This document shows positions 52,831-62,883 of a stretch of DNA of 64,000 nt, in pieces (position 1 is the first letter of the stretch; each line of letters starts with the position of its first letter). A model generated the notes under the pieces. The model was not told the origin of the DNA and ran no database searches. It saw only the letters and a program-made list of their open reading frames with translations. The DNA lies in the NCBI GenBank assembly GCA_041499965.1, contig JBGQLG010000001.1, positions 2,672-66,671 on the forward strand, read 5' to 3'. Source of the DNA: Candidatus Methylomirabilia bacterium (lineage in GTDB: Bacteria > Methylomirabilota > Methylomirabilia > Rokubacteriales > CSP1-6). The position numbers were made by a program, and so were the translations under genes.

Positions 52831-55760
52831 GCCCGCCCCTTCTCCGGTCCCGCGGCCGGCGCGGGCGAGGCCCGGACGACCTTGCGCAGATAGGTGACGC
52901 CGGGCCGCGTGCCCAGCTCCTCGAGGACGTGATACGCCCGGGGCGAGTGGGTCAGCTTGCTCACCGTGCTGCCCTCGTCCTTGAGGTTGCCGAACGTGAT
53001 CGCCTGAGTCGGGCAGGTCTGCTGGCAGGCGGTCAGGATGTCGCCGTCGCGCACCCCGCGGTTCTCGTCCCGCGCGTGGTCCTTGCCGGCCGCGATGCGC
53101 TGGATGCACATCGTGCACTTCTCCATGACGCCGAGCTGGCGCACCGTCACGTCGGGGTTGAGCTGGATCTCGAGCGGCGCCGGGATCTCGTAGTTCCACC
53201 AGTTGAACCGCCGCACGTGATACGGGCAGTTGTTGCCGCAGTAGCGGGTGCCGACGCAGCGGTTGTAGACCTGGCCGTTCAGGCCTTCCTCCGTGCGGTA
53301 AGCCGCGAAGACCGGGCACACCGGCTCGCACGGCGCGACCTCACAGTGCTGGCAGAACATCGGCAGGAACATGTTGTGCGGCTGGGCCCGATCACCCTCG
53401 GCCCAGCGCTCCAGGCGCAACCAGTGCACCTGCCGGCCGTAGGCGGCCTCGGCCTTGCCGACCACCGGCACGTTGTTCTCGGCCTGGCAGGCCACCGCGC
53501 ACGCCTGGCAGCCGATGCAGGCGTCGACGTCCACCGTCATGCCCCAGCGGTAGCTGCGGTACTGCTGGTCGGTGTACATGCTCTGGTGGCCAGGCGACTC
53601 GCCGCGGCCACGCAGGGCGTCCTCGCGGGCCCGGCCGAGCTCGACGTGCTGGGCGATCTCGCGCTGATCCTGATCGTGCGTCGCCTGCAGGAGCGCCAGC
53701 GGCCGGCGCGCGCCGGTCCGGGTCAGCGTCACCTTCACCGAGAGGAAGCTCGGGGCGCCCGACACGGCGTCCGCTTCGGCGGGCAGCAGCGCCATCGGGT
53801 TGGTCGGCGCGGTCGCCGGCACATACTTCAGACGCACGTGATAGGGCGCGTAGTGATGGCCGATCGGGATCGCCACCGCGCCCGGGTGGATCGACGGCGA
53901 CAGGTAGGCCGGCACCTCGATGGCGCCGTGGGGCGAGGTCACCTTCACGACATCGCCCTGACGGATGCCCAGCCGCGCCGCCGTCTGCGCGTTGATCTCG
54001 ACCCACGGATCCCACGCGACCTGCGTCATCGGGTCCGGCACTTCCTGCAGCCAGGCCCGGGTCGCGCTGCGGCCGTCGTAGAAGCGGAGCGAGGGATAGG
54101 CCAGGAGCGCGAAGCCGTCGGCGGGCCCGGCGAGCTTCGCCGTGGCGCCGTCGAGGCGCTCGAGCTTGGGGGTCACGCTCACCGCCGCCGCCACGACGTC
54201 GTGCCAGACACCGCCCTGCTGCAGCGCGGCCTCCCACTGCCCCTTCACCACCGGCTCCCACGCCGCCTTCAGATACTGCTCGAAGGTGGGCCAGGGCAGC
54301 GGGCCCTTGCCCTCCTCGGTGCCGAGCGCCGAGCGGCCCGCGACGAGCAGGACGTCGCCCATCGGCCGCGCCTCACGGATGGGCTTCATCGTCGGCTGCA
54401 TCAGGCCCAGCACGCCCTCGTGGGGCGCGTAGTCGCCCCACGCCTCCAGCCAGTGCGTGTCGGGCAGCACCAGGTGGGCCAGCGCCGTTGTCTCGTCGGG
54501 CAGGTTCGCGAAGCTGACGACGAACGGCACCTTGCCGATCGCCTCGGCGACCTTGAGCCCACCGGGCAGCGCGAACGCGGGATTCACACCCGGACCGAGC
54601 ACCAGCACGCCGATCTCGCCGGCGGCCATCGCCTGCACCAGCTTGGCCACGTCCGCGTAGGGCGTGACCCGGCCATAGGCGTGATCGGGACCGAAGCGGA
54701 CGGTCTTGCCGACGTTGCCGGCGACCGCGTTGAGCAGATTGATCGCCACCTGCAGCTGGGTGGCCTGGCTGCCGGTCACGGCGACGCCGCCCCCGACCGC
54801 CAGGCCCGGCCTGGCGCCCGCGAAGGTCTTGGCGATGTGGTGCAGCGTCTCCAGCGGCACGCCGCTGTCCTCGGCGACCTTCCGGGGATCGACGCCCGCG
54901 ACCGCCTCGCCGTAGCGCTGGTCAGCGACCACGCCGCCCGCGAGCATCAGCTTGAGCACCGCCAGTGCGACCGCGGCCTCGGTGCCGGGGGCGTTGCGCA
55001 CCCACTCGTCGGCGTTGGATCCGGTCAGCGACTGCCGCGGCTCCACGTGGATGAAGGTACCGGCCTTGCCCTCGCGGAAGGTGTGCATGCGGGCGTAGCC
55101 GCGCGCGGCCTGGCCGTTGGAGATCCACGTCTCCAGGAAGTCGGCGCCGAAGGACAGGATGACCTCGGCGTCCTCGAAGGCATGGTACGGCACGGCGTCG
55201 CGCCCGAAGGTCTGACGGTTGGCGGCGCGGATCGCCTCGTAGGCGAACGGCTCCAGCGTCACCCGCGGCCGGCCGCCGAGGGCCTGGGCGAAGCGGTCCA
55301 GCAGGGCGCCGAGGCTGCCGCTCTCCAGCTGGCTCACCACGGCCAGCGCGCGAGGCTTGCTCTTGACCGCGGCCAGCTGGTCGCTGAAGAGCTTGATCGC
55401 GTCGTCCCACTCGATGGCCTTGAAGGCGTCGCCGTCGCGGCGCTGGGGCTTGGCGAACCGGTCGGGATGGTAGAGCCCCTGCAACGCGGCCTGGCCGCGG
55501 GCGCAGAGCGAGCCGTGGTTGACCGGATGATCCGGGTTGCCCTCGAGCTTGACGACCCGTCCCTCGCGATTGCGGGCGAGCACACCGCACCCGGCCGGAC
55601 ACTCGCGGCACACCGTCGCGAACCAGGCGGCGACGCCCGGCACAAGCTGCTCGTTGGGCACGACGAGCGGCAGGATCTGCTCGGTCGCCTGCTGGCAACC
55701 GGCCGTCGCCGCGGTCGCGCCCGTTGTCGCCACGATCTTGAAGAAGTCGCGCCGGTTCAT
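52827..55760 (-). CDS. actB: Alternative Complex III subunit ActB (fused molybdopterin-oxidoreductase-like domain + 4Fe-4S ferredoxin domain)
   Basis: Twin-arginine signal MNRRDFFK, N-terminal CxxCxxxC...C cluster motif, C-terminal multi-cluster CxxCxxC region; 977 aa. Confidence 0.9.
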   Translation of the reverse strand: MNRRDFFKIVATTGATAATAGCQQATEQILPLVVPNEQLVPGVAAWFATVCRECPAGCGVLARNREGRVVKLEGNPDHPVNHGSLCARGQAALQGLYHPDRFAKPQRRDGDAFKAIEWDDAIKLFSDQLAAVKSKPRALAVVSQLESGSLGALLDRFAQALGGRPRVTLEPFAYEAIRAANRQTFGRDAVPYHAFEDAEVILSFGADFLETWISNGQAARGYARMHTFREGKAGTFIHVEPRQSLTGSNADEWVRNAPGTEAAVALAVLKLMLAGGVVADQRYGEAVAGVDPRKVAEDSGVPLETLHHIAKTFAGARPGLAVGGGVAVTGSQATQLQVAINLLNAVAGNVGKTVRFGPDHAYGRVTPYADVAKLVQAMAAGEIGVLVLGPGVNPAFALPGGLKVAEAIGKVPFVVSFANLPDETTALAHLVLPDTHWLEAWGDYAPHEGVLGLMQPTMKPIREARPMGDVLLVAGRSALGTEEGKGPLPWPTFEQYLKAAWEPVVKGQWEAALQQGGVWHDVVAAAVSVTPKLERLDGATAKLAGPADGFALLAYPSLRFYDGRSATRAWLQEVPDPMTQVAWDPWVEINAQTAARLGIRQGDVVKVTSPHGAIEVPAYLSPSIHPGAVAIPIGHHYAPYHVRLKYVPATAPTNPMALLPAEADAVSGAPSFLSVKVTLTRTGARRPLALLQATHDQDQREIAQHVELGRAREDALRGRGESPGHQSMYTDQQYRSYRWGMTVDVDACIGCQACAVACQAENNVPVVGKAEAAYGRQVHWLRLERWAEGDRAQPHNMFLPMFCQHCEVAPCEPVCPVFAAYRTEEGLNGQVYNRCVGTRYCGNNCPYHVRRFNWWNYEIPAPLEIQLNPDVTVRQLGVMEKCTMCIQRIAAGKDHARDENRGVRDGDILTACQQTCPTQAITFGNLKDEGSTVSKLTHSPRAYHVLEELGTRPGVTYLRKVVRASPAPAAGPEKGRA

Positions 55761-55797
55761 GAGCGTCGTCTCCAGCTCGCGGGGACCCGCCGCGCCA

Positions 55798-56385
55798 TCA
55801 GTGGTGGCACATCACGCAGTCCAGCGGCGCGTGCATGCCGCGGGTGGCGTTCTGCTGGCGATGGCAGTCGACGCACCAGCCCATCGACAGCGGCGGCGGT
55901 GCCGGGCGCAGGCCCGCCAGGTTCAGCATGTCGTTGACGAGCGTGGGACCGGTGCTCGCGCTGACGGTGGTCATCGTCTCCACCGGGCCGTGACACGTCT
56001 GGCAGCGCAGCTCGGCCCGGATGTGCGCCTTGTGCGGAAAGTGCGTGAACTCCGGCAGCTTGTAGACGCGGGCCCACGGGATCGACTGCTGCTTGGCCGC
56101 GAACTCGGCCAGCTTCTTGATCTCGGGCTTGTCGGCGGCGACGATCTTGTGACAGCCCATGCAGCGCTCCACCGACGGAATGCCGGCGTATTCGGAGCGG
56201 CGGGCGTCGGCGTGGCAGTACTGACAATCGATCTTGTAGGTCTGCACGTGCACGCTGTGCGGAAAATTGATCGGCTGCACGGATGGCTTGGCGAGAGCCG
56301 GTTGGCGGCTCCAGGAGGATACGGCGAAGAACAGCAGAACCGCGAGGAGCACGACGGCCGCCGCTCCTACGCCCGCCTTCCTCAT
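55798..56385 (-). CDS. actA: Alternative Complex III subunit ActA (pentaheme cytochrome c)
   Basis: N-terminal TM anchor and five CxxCH motifs (CQYCH, CMGCH, CQTCH, CVDCH, CVMCH). Confidence 0.85.
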   Translation of the reverse strand: MRKAGVGAAAVVLLAVLLFFAVSSWSRQPALAKPSVQPINFPHSVHVQTYKIDCQYCHADARRSEYAGIPSVERCMGCHKIVAADKPEIKKLAEFAAKQQSIPWARVYKLPEFTHFPHKAHIRAELRCQTCHGPVETMTTVSASTGPTLVNDMLNLAGLRPAPPPLSMGWCVDCHRQQNATRGMHAPLDCVMCHH

Positions 56386-56430
56386 CGACAGTCGGGTGAC
56401 CTCCTGCTGGGGTTCGGCGATTGCTCGTGA

Positions 56431-56460
56431 ACCATATCACTTGGCGCCTTGAAACGTCAA
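56431..56460 (-). promoter_or_regulatory. Candidate sigma70-type promoter of the act operon
   Basis: Minus strand TTGACG-18 nt-TATGGT in the 88-nt hemL-actA gap. Confidence 0.4.
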
Positions 56461-56473
56461 CACAACTCCGTCG

Positions 56474-57750
<1,277 letters not shown>

Positions 57751-57754
<4 letters not shown>

Positions 57755-58200
57755 TCGACAAGCTCCATGGCGGCGAAGTCACGGCGGGTCGCGTCCCAGC
57801 GAAACGCGGCCACCGCCTCGGCCACGCCCCCCACGACCGAGGTCACGACGTAGACGGCGCCCGGATACGCCGGCTCGCCGCCCATGACGGCCTGGCGGCG
57901 GTCCGTCTCGGAGAAGTAGGCGCCCGCGTCGACGTGGGAGTGATAGATCACCGCCACGCCGAACCCCTGGTGCTCGAGGTCGCCGATGCGCAGCAGGTCC
58001 TTGGGATCGATGTAGTACGCCGTGCGCGCGTCCCGGGGATAGCGCTCGGGGTCCCGGGCGTGCAGCTCGTTCTGCGCGTTGCGGCAGCGCAGGAGCCGGC
58101 GCTCGTCACCGCGGCTCAGGACGACGCCGCAGGATTCGAAGGGATACTCCTCCACGGCCTGGGCGCGGATGGTCTCCAGCTCGGCTCCGCTCAGGACCAT
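57751..58200 (-). CDS. JAMM/MPN+ metalloprotease (Mec-like)
   Basis: E-x-C-G early Glu plus [14 protein letters not shown] (HxHx7Sx2D JAMM motif); overlaps both neighbours. Confidence 0.8.
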
Positions 58201-58472
58201 GCGCCCCCGGCCAGTGCGGGAATGATCGCGACCTCGTCCCCGTCCTTCAGGGGCGTGCCCAGTCCGGCGAGCCCGTCGATGGGCTCGCTGTTGACGTACA
58301 CCGCGACGTGCTGGTGCACCTGCCCCGCCTCGTTGCGCACGAGGCCCTTGAGGCCGCCGTAGGTGCGCTCCAGCTCGTCCAGCAGCGCGCCCACGGTGGG
58401 CGCGCTCACGTCGACCCGGTCGCGATTCGCCGTGGCCCGTCGGAACGGCGTCGGAATGTACACGGTCGCCAT
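58191..58472 (-). CDS. MoaD/ThiS-family sulfur-carrier protein (CysO-like) ending ...ALAGG-AWS
   Basis: 93 aa beta-grasp pattern (YIPTPFR...VYVN...DGDEVAIIPALAGG). ATG 58472 fits family N-termini; GTG 58505 is the alternative. Confidence 0.8.
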   Translation of the reverse strand: MATVYIPTPFRRATANRDRVDVSAPTVGALLDELERTYGGLKGLVRNEAGQVHQHVAVYVNSEPIDGLAGLGTPLKDGDEVAIIPALAGGAWS

Positions 58473-58523
58473 GTGTAGGTGGGGGGCCCCGAGATGCCCC
58501 CCCACACCCCCCCGGCGGCTCGC

Positions 58524-58558
58524 GGCGCCCCGGCGAAGTCGTGGCGCCTCTCGATCAC
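58524..58558 (-). repeat. Copy 2 of a ~35-nt hairpin-forming direct repeat in the cysK/CysO-like spacer
   Basis: Minus strand GTGATCGAGAGGCGCCACGACTTCGCCGGGGCGCC; about 85% identical to copy 1 by hand alignment. Confidence 0.7.
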
Positions 58559-58613
58559 CGCCTCATTCGTTCCTTGTTCGACCGTTCGATTCCTCGTGCG
58601 ACTATTCGATCGG

Positions 58614-58647
58614 GGCGCCCGGCCGAGCCGTGGCGCCCCTCGGTCAC
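58614..58647 (-). repeat. Copy 1 of a ~35-nt hairpin-forming direct repeat in the cysK/CysO-like spacer
   Basis: Minus strand GTGACCGAGGGGCGCCACGGCTCGGCCGGGCGCC; 8-bp stem GGGGCGCC/GGCGCCCC. Confidence 0.7.
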
Positions 58648-58777
58648 ACCCCCCACGACTCGCGCGTCGATCGGCGTGCCCTGATGCAGCGGTCGCGTGC
58701 TCGTCCTCACTCCTCGATGCTCCTCGCGCGCAGGGGGACCGCAGACGATCGCGGCGGCGTCCACGTGCTGCGACAGT

Positions 58778-59692
58778 CTAGCCCAGGCTCAAATAGCGTT
58801 CGCCGGTGTCGGGCAGGATCGTGACCACCGTCTGGTCGGGGCGCAGCTCGGCGGCCACGCGGCAGGCCGCGAAGGCGGCGGCGCCCGAGGAGATGCCGGC
58901 CAGCACGCCCTCCTCGCGGCCCAGTCGCTTGGACCATGCCACGGCGTCCTCGTCGCTGACCGTGATGATGCGATCCAGGATCGCGCGGTTCAGCACGCCG
59001 GGGACGAACGACGCGCCGATGCCGTGGATCCCGTGCGGCCGGAATCGCCCGCCCGAGAGCACCGGCGACTTGGCCGGCTCCACGGCGACCACCTGCACGG
59101 CCGGCAGCTTGGCCTTCAGCACCTCGCCCACGCCCGTGATCGTGCCCCCGGTGCCGACGCCGGCCACGAACGCGTCGAGGCGACCGCTCACCGCGTCGAG
59201 GATCTCGATCGCCGTCGTCCGCCGGTGGATCTCCGGGTTGGCGGGATTCAGGAACTGCTGGGGGACGAAGTACTCCGGATGCTGGCGGCCGAGCTCCTCG
59301 GCGGCGAAGACGGCACCGCTCATGCCCTCGATGGCCGGGGTCAGGTGGATCTCGGCGCCGAAGCGCGCGAACAGTCGCTGGCGCTCGACGCTCATGTCCT
59401 CGGGCATGGTGAGGATCAGCCGGTAGCCCTTCACGGCGGCGACCATCGCCAGCCCGATCCCGGTATTGCCGCTGGTCGGCTCCACGATCGTGGCCCCCGG
59501 CGCCAGCACGCCCCGCTGCTCGGCGTCCTCGACCATCGCCGCCGCGATCCGGTCCTTGACGCTGCCACCGGGATTGCGCGACTCCAGCTTGGCCAGCACC
59601 CGGGCGCCGCCGGGCTCCGGCAATCGCCGCAGCCGCACGAGCGGCGTGCCCCCGATCAGGTCGATCACCGACTCCGCGATCTTGTCCGTCAT
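58778..59692 (-). CDS. cysK: Cysteine synthase (PLP-dependent, CysK/CysM family)
   Basis: SVKDR Lys, TSGNTG, GTGGTITG motifs. Confidence 0.92.
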   Translation of the reverse strand: MTDKIAESVIDLIGGTPLVRLRRLPEPGGARVLAKLESRNPGGSVKDRIAAAMVEDAEQRGVLAPGATIVEPTSGNTGIGLAMVAAVKGYRLILTMPEDMSVERQRLFARFGAEIHLTPAIEGMSGAVFAAEELGRQHPEYFVPQQFLNPANPEIHRRTTAIEILDAVSGRLDAFVAGVGTGGTITGVGEVLKAKLPAVQVVAVEPAKSPVLSGGRFRPHGIHGIGASFVPGVLNRAILDRIITVSDEDAVAWSKRLGREEGVLAGISSGAAAFAACRVAAELRPDQTVVTILPDTGERYLSLG

Positions 59693-59698
59693 GGCTCC

Positions 59699-60139
59699 TT
59701 AGATGTGGTACATGGGCCGAGCGGATCCCCGGCGCTGCTCGGCCCGGGCGACCAGGTCGCCGAGCGTCCAGCGATCGACGACCCCCGCCACCGCCTCGCC
59801 GATCTCGTCCCACAGCTCGCCGAGGTCGTGCTCGTGGCTCCCGCGGCGCCGCCCCTGCGGTCCGCCCTCGAAGGGCGCGCTGCCCCCCTCCACCGCGCGC
59901 AACACCACCCCCACCGTGATCTCGTCGGGCGACTTGGTGAGATGGTACCCCCCGGTCGATCCGCGCTTGGAGGTGAGGAGCCCGGCCCGCTTGAGCGCGA
60001 GCAGGACCTGCTCCAGATACCGCTGCGGGATGGCCTGACGGGTCGCGATCTCCTGGATGGGCACCAGCGGCCGCCCGCGATGCAAGGCGAGGTCGAGCAT
60101 CGCCTTGACCGCGTACTCCCCCTTGGCCGAGATGCGCAT
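59699..60139 (-). CDS. Rrf2-family transcriptional regulator (CymR-like; no Fe-S Cys triad seen)
   Basis: MRISAKGEYAVKAMLDLA... wHTH; located 6 nt upstream of cysK. Confidence 0.85.
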   Translation of the reverse strand: MRISAKGEYAVKAMLDLALHRGRPLVPIQEIATRQAIPQRYLEQVLLALKRAGLLTSKRGSTGGYHLTKSPDEITVGVVLRAVEGGSAPFEGGPQGRRRGSHEHDLGELWDEIGEAVAGVVDRWTLGDLVARAEQRRGSARPMYHI

Positions 60140-60146
60140 GCGGTGC

Positions 60147-61136
60147 TCAGCGCCGGTGCGTGCCGCGCTCGAGCAGGCGCGCGGCGTCCTTGGCGAAGTA
60201 GGTGATGACGATGTCGGCGCCGGCCCGGCGGATGCCGGTGAGCGACTCCATGATCGCGCGCTCCTCGTCGAGCCAGCCGAGCTGCCCGGCCGCCCGGATC
60301 ATCGCGTACTCCCCCGACACCGAGTAGGCGGCCAGCGGCACGCCGAACTCGGCCTTGGCCCGCGAGATGACGTCCAGGTACGGCAGCGCCGGCTTCACCA
60401 TGACGATGTCGGCGCCCTCGTCGAGATCCAGCGCGATCTCGCGCATCGCCTCCTGGACGTTGGCCGGATCCATCTGGTACGAGCGCCGGTCGCCGAACTG
60501 CGGCGTGGAGTCCGCCGCCTCCCGGAAGGGACCATAGAACACCGACGCGTACTTCGCCGAGTACGCCATGATCGGCGTATCGAGCAGGGTGGCCTCGTCG
60601 AGCGCCTCCCGGATGGCGGCCACCCGGCCGTCCATCATGTCGGAGGGCGCGACGATGTCGGCGCCGGCCTCGGCGTGCGAGACCGCGGTCCGCGCCAGCA
60701 GCTCCAGCGTGGGATCGTTGCGGACGGCGCCGTCCTCGACGACGCCGCAGTGGCCGTGGCTCGTGTACTCGCACAGGCACACGTCGGTGATGACGAGCAG
60801 GTCGGGCACGGTGTCCTTCACCGCCCGCACCGCCTGCTGCACGATGCCGTCGTCGGCGTACGCCTCGGTGCCGCGGGGGTCCTTCTCCTCGGGGAGGCCG
60901 AAGAGGAGCACGGCGGGAATGCCCATGCCGGCGGCGTCCTTGCATTCCTTGACCAGCTCGTCCACCGAGAGGCGGTGCTGGCCCGGCATCGGCCCGATCG
61001 GCGCGCGGACGCCCCGGCCGTGGACGACGAAGAGCGGATAGACGAGATCGTCGACGGCCAGCGTGGTCTCGCGCACCAGCGTGCGCAGCAGGCTCTTCTC
61101 GCGCAGCCGCCGGGGGCGGAACATCGGATGCGGCAT
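60147..61136 (-). CDS. hemB: Porphobilinogen synthase (Cys-rich, Zn-type site)
   Basis: [14 protein letters not shown] zinc motif, catalytic Lys regions (SAKYAS, VKPA). Confidence 0.95.
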   Translation of the reverse strand: MPHPMFRPRRLREKSLLRTLVRETTLAVDDLVYPLFVVHGRGVRAPIGPMPGQHRLSVDELVKECKDAAGMGIPAVLLFGLPEEKDPRGTEAYADDGIVQQAVRAVKDTVPDLLVITDVCLCEYTSHGHCGVVEDGAVRNDPTLELLARTAVSHAEAGADIVAPSDMMDGRVAAIREALDEATLLDTPIMAYSAKYASVFYGPFREAADSTPQFGDRRSYQMDPANVQEAMREIALDLDEGADIVMVKPALPYLDVISRAKAEFGVPLAAYSVSGEYAMIRAAGQLGWLDEERAIMESLTGIRRAGADIVITYFAKDAARLLERGTHRR

Positions 61137-61975
61137 CACACACTCCTCCTGGCGCGACGGCCGGGGCCGCGCGGGATGCGGGCGAAGTGCTCGACGAGCG
61201 CCCGCGCCAGCGCGGGGATCGTGTACTCGCTCGGCATGACGTCGGTGGTCATCCCGTACTCGGCGGCGGTGGCGGCCGTGATCGGCCCGATCGAGGCGAT
61301 CGTCGGCCGGCCCAGCCAGTCGCGGCGCTCGTCCTCGGTGAACAGCTCGGCGAAGTTGCGCGCCGTCGACGACGAGGTGAAGGTGACCGCGTCGATGGCG
61401 CCGGCCGCCAGCGCCTCGCGCAGGCGGCCGGTACCGGCCTCCCCGCGCCGTGTCACGTAGGCTGGCACCTCGGTGACCTGGGCCCCGAGCTGGCGCAGCC
61501 CCGTCACCAGCACGTCGCGCGTCTGGGCCGCGCGGGGCAGCAGGACGCGATCGGACGGGGTGATCAGGCCACGCATCCGCTCGAGCAGCCCCTCGGCGCG
61601 ATACTCGCCGGGCACCAGGTCCGGCCGCACGCCGTGCTCGCTGAGCGCATCGGCGGTGGCGGGTCCGATGGCGGCGACGCGCCGCCCGCCGAGCGCCGCC
61701 CACGTCAGCCCGCGCGCGGGCAGCCGCCGGTCGACCATGGCCACGCCGTTCACCGAGGTGAAGACCACCCACGTGAACGTGGCGAGCGCGTCGAGCGCGG
61801 CGTCCAGCGGCTCCCACGACGCCGGCGGCGCGATCACGATCGCCGGCGCCTCCAGCACGCGGGCGCCCGCCGCCTCGAGCAGCTGCGTGAACCGCTGGGC
61901 CTGGGCGGCCGCGCGCGTGACCACGACCGTGCGGCCGGCGAGCGGGCGTGGATGGTCGGCCGGCACGGGGGCCAT
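61136..61975 (-). CDS. hemD: Uroporphyrinogen-III synthase
   Basis: HEM4 pattern ([20 protein letters not shown]) and position between hemC and hemB. Confidence 0.85.
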   Translation of the reverse strand: MAPVPADHPRPLAGRTVVVTRAAAQAQRFTQLLEAAGARVLEAPAIVIAPPASWEPLDAALDALATFTWVVFTSVNGVAMVDRRLPARGLTWAALGGRRVAAIGPATADALSEHGVRPDLVPGEYRAEGLLERMRGLITPSDRVLLPRAAQTRDVLVTGLRQLGAQVTEVPAYVTRRGEAGTGRLREALAAGAIDAVTFTSSSTARNFAELFTEDERRDWLGRPTIASIGPITAATAAEYGMTTDVMPSEYTIPALARALVEHFARIPRGPGRRARRSV

Positions 61976-62883
61976 CACGCGCGCACCGGTTGCAGCGCCG
62001 TGATGTCGGCGGCGCCGCGGTCCAACAGCGTCTCGGCGAGCTCCCGGCCCAGCCGCGCGGCCTCGGCCGCCGGCGCCGTCGCGCTCGCCCGCAGCACGCG
62101 GCGGCCGTCCTCGCCGGCCACGACGGCGCTCATGTGCAGCGCGCCGCGGGTCAGCCGCGCGTACGCGGCCATGGGCGTGTTGCACGACGCCCCGAGCCGC
62201 GCCAGGTACGCGCGCTCGGCCAGCGCACAGGCGTGGGTGGCCGCGTCGTCGACGCGGGCCAGCGCCCCGAGCGTCGCGAGATCGTCGGCCCGCGCCTGCA
62301 CCGCGATGATCCCCTGCCCGACCGCGGGCACGAACTCTTCGGGATCGAGCAGCGAGCGGTGCTCGGGCACCAGCGCCAGCCGGTGCAATCCCGCCGCGGC
62401 CAGCACGACGGCGTCGTAGTCGCCCGCGGCCAGCTTGCGCAGGCGCGTGTCGACGTTGCCGCGGATCGGCTCCACCGCGAGGTCGGGCCGGCGGGCCAGC
62501 AGCAGCGCACGCCGCCGGGGACTCGAGGTGCCGACGCGGGCGCCGCGCGGCAGCGTGGCCAGCGTGGCCGGCTGCCGCGCCACCAGCACGTCGCGGGCGT
62601 CCTCGCGGCGTGGAAACGCGGCCAGCGTCAGCCCGGGCGGCTCGTCGGCCGGCAAATCCTTCAAGCTGTGCACGGCGACGTCGATGTCGCCACGCCGCAG
62701 CGCCTCCTCGATCTCGCGCACGAAGAGCCCCTTGCCGCCGACGACGGCCAGCCGGGCCTCGGCCAGGCGATCGCCCTCGGTGCGCATCGCGATCAGCTCG
62801 GTCTCGACGCCCGCCAGCGCCGCCGCCACCGCCCGCGCCTGGGCCAGGGCCAGCAGACTGCCCCGGGTGCCGATGCGGATCAC
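61975..62883 (-). CDS. hemC: Hydroxymethylbilane synthase
   Basis: [25 protein letters not shown] motifs, cofactor Cys (GASCNTP). Confidence 0.92.
   Translation of the reverse strand: MIRIGTRGSLLALAQARAVAAALAGVETELIAMRTEGDRLAEARLAVVGGKGLFVREIEEALRRGDIDVAVHSLKDLPADEPPGLTLAAFPRREDARDVLVARQPATLATLPRGARVGTSSPRRRALLLARRPDLAVEPIRGNVDTRLRKLAAGDYDAVVLAAAGLHRLALVPEHRSLLDPEEFVPAVGQGIIAVQARADDLATLGALARVDDAATHACALAERAYLARLGASCNTPMAAYARLTRGALHMSAVVAGEDGRRVLRASATAPAAEAARLGRELAETLLDRGAADITALQPVRA

Noticed and set aside
52929-55937. 1002-aa ORF antisense to actB (similar cases: 15460..17415, 40234..42129, 44253..45728, 58697..60205, 25684..27261)
   Set aside because: Same high-GC antisense artefact. Each lies opposite a gene with clear family motifs and shows no motifs of its own.
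58555-58764. 69-aa ORF inside the cysK/carrier spacer
   Set aside because: Third-position GC is clearly lower than in neighbouring genes, the peptide is Arg-rich, there is no SD, and it spans the hairpin repeats. It is more likely non-coding.
58473-58777. T-box, SAM or other known sulfur-related riboswitch, or a mini CRISPR array, in the spacer
   Set aside because: I found no T-box consensus (no GGTGGTACCGCG-like sequence) and no SAM-I/II features. There are only two repeat copies of about 35 nt with an unequal context, and no cas genes in the window.
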